DNA from: Phyllobates terribilis
Lineage: Eukaryota
Assembly: GCF_046119375.1 (NCBI RefSeq)
Contig: NW_027362769.1
Location: forward strand, 143,406,001-143,470,000
Length of the DNA stretch: 64,000 bases
Reading direction: 5' to 3'
Below the pieces are notes generated by a model. It was not told where the DNA came from. It saw nothing but the letters and a program-made list of their open reading frames with translations, and searched no databases. Of the stretch, positions 12,501 through 21,251 are shown piece by piece. Every line of letters begins with the position of its first letter. Position 1 is the first letter of the stretch. Both the position numbers and the translations under genes were made by a program.

Positions 12501-13274
12501 TTACGCCCCCTCTTTTTTAGGCCTGAAAAATTTTTTAAGGTGAAGCGGGTCGTGGATGTTCTCCCTCTGTTCCCAAGTTCTCTCCTCTGGGCCAAACCCT
12601 TTCCAATCCACTAGAAAAAAGGTTTTTCCTCTTACCCTCTTGGTGGCCAGAATGTTCTCTACCTCATAGATGTCTTCAGCGGAGACCGGAGCTGGGGAGG
12701 TACCTGGATCGTCGGGGAAAAAAATTAAGCACAACTGGTTTGAGGAGAGATACGTGGAAGGAGTTGGGAATCCGTAAGGTGGCCGGGAGTTTTAACTTGT
12801 AGGCTACTGAATTGATTTGCTTGAGGACTTCAAATGGACCGATGAACCGTGAACCCAACTTATAGGAGGGTATTTTGAGACGAACATGTTTGGAGGAGAG
12901 CCAAACCTTGTCTCCCGGATGGAATTGAGGTGGGTCCAGACGTCTCTTGTCGGCATGTCTCTTCATCCGCTCGGAGGATTGAAGAAGTGCGGATCTAGTG
13001 TCCTCCCAAATGGTGGCAAACTCGCTGACCAGAGACTCCGCGGCAGGGTTGTCCACTGAAGCGGAGACGGGAAACGGAATCCGGGGATGTTGACCGTAGA
13101 CCACAAAGAACGGGGACTTGGAAGAAGATTCGCTCTCATGGTTGTTATAGGAGAACTCGGCCCATGGTAGGAGCTCTACCCAATCCGTATGGTGAGCGTT
13201 GACGAAGTGCCGGAGGAAGCTGGTAAGGATTTGGTTGATACATTACACTTGGCCATTGGACTGTGGATGATAAG
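12501..13274 (-). pseudogene. Gypsy Pol, C-terminal part (integrase C-terminus/GPY-F and chromodomain)
   Basis: RFIGPFEVLKQINSVAYKLKLP...FHVSLLKP; YEVENILATKRVRGKTFFLVDWKGFGPEERTWE chromodomain. The SSAYHPQSNGQ motif is split by the nested LTR element. Confidence 0.88.
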
Positions 13275-14945
13275 TGACGCGCCCCCTGGGCCAGTGCTGT
13301 TGGGGATACCCGGAGCCGGATCAGATGGGGGTTGTAGTCTCTGAGTGGCTGTGACCCGGTCCGTGCCCAGGGTGTCAAACTCAGTGTGTGGCAGTCCTTG
13401 TGATGTTACTAGATGTTCTTTTGTGTCGACTACGCCACCCGTTGATTTGCGGTCAGTATGGCCGCCGCTGCAGCAGGGTCCACTGAGGCTGGTGATGTGT
13501 GTGCAGCTTAGGTAGTATAACCCCCAACGGGAGGGGTATAGCCTCAGGGGGTCAGTTGCAGAGGATGGGGGTTGTGGTGGTGCAGCGAGGATGGAAATGA
13601 GACTCAGAGTCGGGCTGTGCAGTTCAGGGTTTGTTTACTTACTGCAGTTGTTCTGGTCACTCCGGCCTTAAGTGACCACCCGAGCCGCGCTGCGTCCACC
13701 AGGTCCTGGACTCGGCCAACCCCCAGGTGATTCTGGAGCGTGGTCCTGAGCTCCCTTTCTGTCCTGTCCTCTTCTCTGGCCTTCCCCACCAGGGATCCAC
13801 CTTTGTCCGGCTCCCTCGGGCCTCTTGGTGGTAAACCCTTGTCTCTGGGTTCCCTGACCCTATTCCTGGTCTGCCTTCCGGGTGGATTTAGTGGGTGATC
13901 GTGGCAGATCGGTCCTGCCCACGACCTCCGGTTCCTGGCTAAGGTGTGCTGTAGCCTCTGCCAGCTTGGGATCCGGTACCCTGTTGCCAACTCTTCACCC
14001 TCTGGTCTAATTTGGGCTCTTGGAGTTCCTTCGTTCTCCCCCTCTGGGTCTTTCTTTCTCCTCTCTCTCTCTCTTGGCCTTGGAGCTGCTCTTCTCCTCT
14101 GCTCTCTTCCTCTGCTCTGCTCTGACAAAAGACTGACAGACTGACCCTGATCTAAGATGGTTCCCACCTTATATACTCCCTCTATGTGTGAGCTCAGGTG
14201 ACCAGCACCCAATGAGCTCCTAGCACTACCCAGACTGCTCCCCCTATCTGCCCCTACACTACTGGGATGTTCCACCCCCCTCCCACTCCAGCCAGGAACA
14301 GACACTGTTGTACCTGCACATTTCTCTAGTGGGAGTACCATCGGTCTGTTCCCCGGAAATGGGATGTGTGTAGTGCATGCAGCCAACTGAGCTCAGTTCC
14401 ACACTCCATCCTTACCCGGGAGTGGAATATCACACCTCTGGGTTGAGGTGCAATACCCCTGTAGCAGCCGAATCCTCAGGGTGCTACATTCCCCCCTGGT
14501 AAATCACAGCACGTCCTCGGGCTGCAAGATACAAACATCCAAAAACATACATTTATTTTTCATAAAACATAAACATATAAAACTTATAAAACATCATCAG
14601 CAGCAATAAACTTTTCATATAAACATTCTTGTTTCTGGTTCCTCCGGTCACGGTGCAACTTGTGACCGGGTAAAGTGCGACAGTCTCTCTTGGAATAAAA
14701 CAGTTTCCTATCAAACCAGTAGGGGGCGCTTTAGGAAGCGCAACTATATACAAGGGGATATGGCCGCTCTCAGTCCTCGGCCAGGTATTAGGGAGGATTG
14801 ACCGCTCTCGGTCCTCGGTCAGTGGGAATAGGGACACACGGGGTTAACAGTTCACTCTTGGCTGGTCCCAACGGGGACTATATTTTAACTAGAACAGTTC
14901 TTATACCCTGACGGGTAACTTTATACAGTCTCTCTCTACCGTACT

Positions 14946-16097
14946 TCAACGACGGCGTCCTCCTGCTCCTTCTTTAGATTCTTCAGACCCGTCCGGGCAC
15001 TTATGCTGGGCAAATAGATTTTCACCCAGGTGCGGCACTCTAGATGTTGAGGGCGCGTTGATGGTAGCGGCGCCCGGGTCGACCAGGCCTTGCGACCAGG
15101 CTTGGGGCACCCTAAAGGCAAAGGGCACCGTAAGAACGGCGGCGCCCTGGGTTATTCGGCCCTGCGACCAGGCCGGTGGCTCCGCGGAGGTAGGGGGCGC
15201 TGTTGGTATTGCGGCGCCCGGGGGTACTAGGCCTTGCGACCAGACCGGTGGTATTTCCTGCTTGGCCACGCTCGAGGTCGAGGCGTGTGACGTCACAGGG
15301 GTCGCGGCCGCGGTTTCCGGTTGAGGCCTAGTCGGCGGCGGTGACGATGCAGCGACGGGCACGGCAGGGGGAATTTCGGGCTCTGCGACGGGGAGCTGGG
15401 GCAGGCACGCGGTTTCCCGGCTCGGGGTAGAGACGTCCCCTTTACCTGCCTCCGTCCGTTCAGCTCCCTTCTCGGCGCCGTCTCCTGCCTTCATTCCTCC
15501 TGCGCCATCCTCAGAGGCGGTCTGTCTCCTCGTCTCTGGCGGCGTGCTCCGCTGACGGGTGCCGGTCTGCTGGGCCATCTCTCGGCTCCACTCCGCCAAC
15601 GTCTCTCGCTGTACCCGGGCCATCCTCCGTGCGAGGTCCTCCAGCGCGGTCTGTGCACACTCCCGGTCTCGGGGGAGCTGTGCTAGGATCTCCAGCAGGC
15701 CTTCTGGAGTGGCGACCTGCAACAGGCTCCTGACCACTGGGTCGGTGCTGCCTGGAGTGGCGGCCCGCATCAGGCTCCTGACCGCTGGGTCGGTGCTGCC
15801 TGGCTCTCCCTCCATCTCCGGGTAGGCTCTCTCTGGACTCTCTTCCAGACGTCTTGTCTCCGGGTGCGCTCTCTCCAGACTGCTCCAGGCAACACCCATC
15901 TTTGTTCTCTTCTTCTGTCTCCGCCCACATCGAGGGTGGTCCCGGGGCAACTTCAGTTCCAGGGGCAGTTCTCTTACGCTGATGGACACTTCCAGCATCA
16001 CAGTCTCTGTTGGTGGGCGCGGTTTCCGCTTTTGGCGCCATTCTTCGACCTGGCCCACGATGGGAGGTGGCCTCTTGCCACCCTCTGGCACGCCCAT
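14946..16097 (-). CDS. Uncharacterised protein of LTR element copy 1 (383 aa from the conserved ATG; frame open back into the LTR)
   Basis: Uninterrupted ORF homologous to the copy 2 ORF: basic RRQKKRTK stretch, helical LAQLPRDRECAQTALEDLARRMARVQRE block and three WSQG repeats. The ATG of MGVPEGG is shared by both copies and has A at -3 and G at +4. Confidence 0.6.
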   Translation of the reverse strand: MGVPEGGKRPPPIVGQVEEWRQKRKPRPPTETVMLEVSISVRELPLELKLPRDHPRCGRRQKKRTKMGVAWSSLERAHPETRRLEESPERAYPEMEGEPGSTDPAVRSLMRAATPGSTDPVVRSLLQVATPEGLLEILAQLPRDRECAQTALEDLARRMARVQRETLAEWSREMAQQTGTRQRSTPPETRRQTASEDGAGGMKAGDGAEKGAERTEAGKGDVSTPSRETACLPQLPVAEPEIPPAVPVAASSPPPTRPQPETAAATPVTSHASTSSVAKQEIPPVWSQGLVPPGAAIPTAPPTSAEPPAWSQGRITQGAAVLTVPFAFRVPQAWSQGLVDPGAATINAPSTSRVPHLGENLFAQHKCPDGSEESKEGAGGRRR

Positions 16098-16331
16098 AAT
16101 GGCGTCCGCTCTTCCAAGGCGGGAAATCTTCGGAAATGGCGGGAATCGTCTCCCAGTGGCGGGAAACTCCATGGATGGCGGGAAAAAGCTGCAAATGGCG
16201 GACAACCGGCGGGAAACGACCTGTGATGGGGCCCGATGGCGGGGACCCTCCGGAACCGGCAGGAGACTTCTTTTTAAGGTAACGATGAACTTTTCTTCAG
16301 GCACGCAGTACCCGGTTGTTGCGGGCACGTT

Positions 16332-16349
16332 ATCCTGCCGACTACGCCA
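16332..16349 (-). promoter_or_regulatory. Primer binding site complementary to the tRNA-Ser 3' end
   Basis: TGGCGTAGTCGGCAGGAT, 4 nt after the 5' LTR. It is the complement of ATCCTGCCGACTACGCCA, the 3' 18 nt of vertebrate tRNA-Ser (from memory of that tRNA sequence). Confidence 0.9.
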
Positions 16350-17573
16350 AAGTTGACGCGCCCCCTGGGCCAGTGCTGTTGGGGATACCCGGAGCCGGAT
16401 CAGATGGGGGTTGTAGTCTCCGAGTGGCTGTGACCCGGTCCGTGCCCAGGGTGTCAAACTCAGTGTGTGGCAGTCCTTGTGATGTTACTAGATGTTCTTT
16501 TGTGTCGACTACGCCACCCGTTGATTTGCGGTCAGTACGGCCGCCGCTGCAGCAGGGTCCACTGAGGCTGGTGATGTGTGTGCAGCTTAGGTAGTATAAC
16601 CCCCAACAGGAGGGGTATAGCCTCAGGGGGTCAGTTGCAGAGGATGGGGGTTGTGGTGGTGCAGCGAGGATGGAAATGAGACTCAGAGTCGGGCTGTGCA
16701 GTTCAGGGTTTGTTTACTTACTGCAGTTGTTCTGGTCACTCCGGCCTTAAGTGACCACCCGAGCCGCGCTGCGTCCACCAGGTCCTGGACTCGGCCAACC
16801 CCCAGGTGATTCTGGAGCGTGGTCCTGAGCTCCCTTTCTGTCCTGTCCTCTTCTCTGGCCTTCCCCACCAGGGATCCACCTTTGTCCGGCTCCCTCGGGC
16901 CTCTTGGTGGTAAACCCTTGTCTCTGGGTTCCCTGACCCTATTCCTGGTCTGCCTTCCGGGTGGATTTAGTGGGTGATCGTGGCAGATCGGTCCTGCCCA
17001 CGACCTCCGGTTCCTGGCTAAGGTGTGCTGTAGCCTCTGCCAGCTTGGGATCCGGTACCCTGTTGCCAACTCTTCACCCTCTGGTCTAATTTGGGCTCTT
17101 GGAGTTCCTTCGTTCTCCCCCTCTGGGTCTTTCTTTCTCCTCTCTCTCTCTCTCTTGGCCTTGGAGCTGCTCTTCTCTTCTGCTCTCTTCCTCTGCTCTG
17201 CTCTGACAAAAGACTGACAGACTGACCCTGATCTAAGATGGTTCCCACCTTATATACTCCCTCTATGTGTGAGCTCAGGTGACCAGCACCCAATGAGCTC
17301 CTAGCACTACCCAGACTGCTCCCCCTATCTGCCCCTACACTACTGGGATGTTCCACCCCCCTCCCACTCCAGCCAGGAACAGACACTGTTGTACCTGCAC
17401 ATTTCTCTAGTGGGAGTACCATCGGTCTGTTCCCCGGAAATGGGATGTGTGTAGTGCATGCAGCCAACTGAGCTCAGTTCCACACTCCATCCTTACCCGG
17501 GAGTGGAATATCACACCTCTGGGTTGAGGTGCAATACCCCTGTAGCAGCCGAATCCTCAGGGTGCTACATAAG

Positions 17574-20253
17574 CAGAGGAGAAATCCAGGGAGACATCCA
17601 GCAGCTTACACATAGCTCTTCAGAAGCGCGAAGTAAACTGGACCCCGCGATCAGACACAATGTGAAGGGGTAGGCCGTGGAGACGAAAGATGTGATGAAT
17701 GAAGTCCTTAGCCAGCACAGATGCAGACGGGAGACCAGGCAGAGGGATAAAGTGGGCCATTTTAGAAAAGCGGTCAGCGACCACCCAAATGACAGTACAT
17801 CCGGCAGAAACAGGGAGATCAGTAATAAAGTCCTTAGCAATGTGTTGCCACGGGGCAGCAGGTACGGGAAGAGGCCGGAGACGGCCGGCTGGAACATGTC
17901 TGGGAACCTTGTTGCGGGCACATGAAGAACAGGCCGTGACGAAGTCTACAACATCCTTGCACAGGGAAGGCCACCAGTAATGCCGGGTAATGAGCAGGAA
18001 GGTCTTTCTCTGACCAGCATGGCCGGCTAGTTTAGATGAATGACCCCAGTGAAGAACCTTCTTATGATCCGGAACCGCTACAAACGTCTTACCGGGTGGG
18101 AGACGAGACAGGTCCAAGGGAGCCACATTCATCACTTTGGAGGGATCGATGATATGCATAGGCTCCTCCTCTTGATCGGAAGGCAGGAAGGATCGGGACA
18201 AAGCGTCGGCTTTAACGTTCTTGTCCGCAGGGCGGTAATGTAGTTAATGTAGGGTAAAGTTGAAACGGGCGAAGAACAAAGACCACCTGGCCTGACGCGG
18301 ATTGAGTCTTTGGGCATTTTGTAGATATGCCAGGTTTTTGTGGTCAGTGTAGATGACCACCGGGTGCAGAGCCCCCTCTAGCAGGTAACGCCACTCCTCC
18401 AGCGCCAATTTGATGGCTAGCAGTTATCCGTCTCCTATGGAATAGTTGCGCTCAGACGAGGAGAAGAGCTTGGAGAAGAAGCCTCAGGTTACCATTCTCC
18501 CGGACAGAGATTTCTGGGTGAGCACCGCTCCGGCTCCGGAAGAGGAAGCATCAACCTCCAGAAAGAACTGTTTGTTGCAATACAGATGGTGCAGCACCGG
18601 GGCAGAGGAGAAGTCTTGTTTTAAGGAGAGGAAGGCCTCCTCCGCTTCGGACGTCCATTCCTTAGCATTTGCTCCCTTACGGGTGAGCACAGAGATGGGT
18701 GCAGTCCGGGAAGAGAAATGTGGGATGAAGAGACGGTAATAGTTAGCGAAGCTCAGGAATCGCTGAATCGCCTTCAACCCCTCCGGACGGGGCCACTTTA
18801 AGACGGCAGAAACTTTCTCGGGGTCCATCCGTAGACCTGTCTTAGAGATGGCAATGTAGAAAAAATATTTCAGCTCACCTGGGTCAGCCTGCTTTCTCAT
18901 GAGTCACGGTGCTCGGATTGTAAAGATCCCGTCTGGGAGACATTAGGCAGTGATGAAGAGGTAGTTATCCAGCAACTCCTGAAAGTGACTTAAAAAATAG
19001 CCTTTATTTTGAAAAAATTAAAACCATGAGACCATGGTGCAAATAAAAGCATACAGAGGCTTTTATTTGCACCATGGTCTCTTCATCACTGCCTTAGAGA
19101 TAATATAGCCCAGGAACGGAAGAGAGGTCTGCTCGAAGAGGCATTTTTCAAATTTTGCGAATAGGTGATTCTGCCTGAGCCTAAGCAGGACCTGACGAAC
19201 ATCCCTCCGGTGTGTGGGAAGATCCGGAGAGAAGACCAAGATGTCGTCCAGGTACACCACCACGCAAGAATATAAGAGGTCACGGAAGATGTCATTAACT
19301 AATTCTTGGAAGACGGCTGGAGCATTACTGAGGCCGAAGGGCATCACACGGTATTCATAGTGACCGTCCCAGGTATTGAATGCCGTCTTCCACTTGTCTC
19401 CTTGGCGGATCCAGACCAAGTTATACGCCCCACGAAGATCAAGCTTGGTGAAGATCTTCGCGCCTTTAAGGCGGTCGAACAGCTCTGAGATGAGCAGCAG
19501 GGGGTATTTATTTTTGATAGTAATCTGGTTGAGTCCTCTATAATCGATACAGGGGCGTAGTGAACCGTCTTTTTTTTTTTTACGAAGAAGAATCCAGCTT
19601 CAGCCGGGGAGGTAGATTTCTGGATGAATCCCCTAGCCAGATTTTCTTCGATGTACTCCCGACATGGCCCGGGTTTCGGCCAACGACAAAGGGTAGATAT
19701 GCCCACGGGGTGGAGTGGCACAGGGTACCAGGTCAATAGGGCAATCATATGGCCTATGAGGTGGCAGTGTCTCGGCTTCCTTCTTGTCGAAGACAACTGC
19801 ATAGGACCAGTAAGGTGCCGGTAGACCAGGTAAATTAGCCGGAGTAGACGGAGGTCGAGCCGGGCGAACTGGGACCAGGCAGGTCTCATGGCAATCCTGC
19901 CCCCAACGGAGCACCTCACCAGATTGCCAATTCAGAACGGGTTCATGTCTCTGTAGCCAGGGTAGACCTAGCAAAAGGGAGTGAGAGAGGCCGGATAGCA
20001 CATGGAAGGAGATCCTCTCCGAGTGCAGCATTCCCACCTGAAGGGTTACAGGCTCAGTGACGAGCAAGATGGTCACCAGAAGGAGTCTTCCATCCACGGA
20101 AGCGACTGCCAATGGTTCAGCCAGAGGTTTGGTAGGAATCTGATACTTCTCTACAAGGGACTGGGAAATGAGATTCCCAGCTGCTCCGGAATCCAGGTGG
20201 GCGGTTTCAAAGAAGCGGTTCTCTCCACAGGAAATAGAAACGGATAAAGTCAA
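17574..20253 (-). pseudogene. Gypsy Pol, N-terminal part (protease, RT, RNase H, integrase N/core), frameshifted
   Basis: LDSGA protease; [16 protein letters not shown] and [14 protein letters not shown]; FFLEVDASSSGAGAVL RNase H; HSSKLAGHAG...CSSC, DFITDLP and VSDRGVQFTS integrase, spread over several frames. Confidence 0.9.
18850..19093. mobile_element. 244-bp MITE-like insertion in the Gypsy RT
   Basis: TSD TTAGAGAT at 18842-18849 and 19094-19101; imperfect TIRs GGCAATGTAGAA / rc GGCAGTGATGAA; internal perfect 23-bp inverted repeat. Confidence 0.75.
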
Positions 20254-20300
20254 GAACGGAGAGGGTTTACTCTTGCCTAGGACGACCTCTCTGAGCGGTC

Positions 20301-21251
20301 CTAGACACTGGAGTTTCCCGGCTTCACCAGACAGGAACGGATCAGATGCTCCTTACTACCACAGTAGAAACTGCTCCCCTCGGCCCGGCGTGTTTCTTGA
20401 CGAGACTTGACCATCTTAGTCTGGTCGATCTGCATGGGTTCGGGCGAGCGTGCCCGGGGAGTTTCTGGTTGGGAGGCAGGTTTCTGGAAAACAGGAGCAA
20501 GACGAGGAAATCTTCTCTCCTGGGTAGTCTCCTTAGCACGTTCCAGGAAACGGATGTCAATCCGCGTAGCTAGTGACACTAGGTCATCCAGGGTGATAGG
20601 AATGTCCCGGCCGGCTAGCTCGTCCTTAATCCGACCGGAAAGACCCTCCCAGAAGGTGGACACCAGGGCCTCATTGTTCCAGGCAAGCTCAGAAGCGAGG
20701 GTATGGAACTGTATGGCATACTGGCCCACCGTGAGACTCCCTTGGCGGAGACGGAGCAATGAGGAGGCAGTAGAAGTCCTTCGTCCGGGCTCATCGAAGA
20801 CCCTCCGGAAGGCAGTGAGGAAAGCCGGAAGATCGGACACCAGGGGATCCCCTCTCTGCCATAGATGGTTTAGCCATGCCAATGCTTCCCCGGTGAGGTG
20901 AGACATGATGAATGCCACCTTGGCCCGGTCGGAGGGAAACTGATGTGCCAGTAGTTCAAAGTGCAGCGTGCACTGGTTCAGAAAACCCCGACATAAGACG
21001 GGGGCACCTCCAAAATGAGGAGGCGCAGAGAGCCGGGGTCCAGAGCTGGATGCCGTGGTACTGGTAGGCCGCGGCGCCGCCGGAGCGGGTGTCGCTCGGC
21101 TCGAGGCGGGCACAGGTGGGACAGACAGCGTGTCCAGGCGAGAGTTGACAGACCGCAGGTAGGTCAGGATGGTTTCCTGTTGGGATCTCTGATGAGAAAC
21201 CTCCTGGTACAGGTCAGCAAGCGAAGGAGCCTGGGGACCACCGGGTTCCAT
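20301..21251 (-). CDS. Gypsy Gag (retrotransposon gag domain, degenerate CCHC knuckle)
   Basis: CRGFLNQCTLHFEL...AKVAFIMSHLTGEALAW...LRQGSLTVGQYAIQFHTLA; FYCGSKEHLIRSC at the C-terminus. ATG lies just after the 5' LTR. Confidence 0.85.
   Translation of the reverse strand: MEPGGPQAPSLADLYQEVSHQRSQQETILTYLRSVNSRLDTLSVPPVPASSRATPAPAAPRPTSTTASSSGPRLSAPPHFGGAPVLCRGFLNQCTLHFELLAHQFPSDRAKVAFIMSHLTGEALAWLNHLWQRGDPLVSDLPAFLTAFRRVFDEPGRRTSTASSLLRLRQGSLTVGQYAIQFHTLASELAWNNEALVSTFWEGLSGRIKDELAGRDIPITLDDLVSLATRIDIRFLERAKETTQERRFPRLAPVFQKPASQPETPRARSPEPMQIDQTKMVKSRQETRRAEGSSFYCGSKEHLIRSCLVKPGNSSV

Larger units (their letters stand above)
13275..17569 (-). mobile_element. Non-autonomous LTR element, copy 1 (internally shorter variant lacking the cold-shock module)
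   Basis: LTRs 16354-17569 and 13275-14488, TG...CA, differing by about 4 substitutions plus a 2-bp (CT)n slip by eye. TSD TAAG at 13271-13274 and 17570-17573. PBS 16332-16349; PPT 14489-14499. No gag or pol motifs in the 1865-bp interior. Confidence 0.93.

Noticed and set aside
13604-14386. 260-aa ORF inside the LTR of copy 1 (and related 127-177-aa LTR ORFs in both copies)
   Set aside because: Broken by a 2-bp (CT)n slip in the sister LTR, not collinear in copy 2, and no recognisable domain; consistent with GC-rich chance ORFs.
15511-16194. Overlapping alternative-frame ORF (MAPKAETAPTNRDCDAG...) similar in both copies
   Set aside because: Similarity follows from DNA identity, and it terminates at different points in the two copies. 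It cannot be excluded without a codon-level test.
16332-16349. Possible tRNA-Ser gene
   Set aside because: Only the 3' 18 nt including CCA match, adjacent to an LTR; this is a PBS, not a gene.
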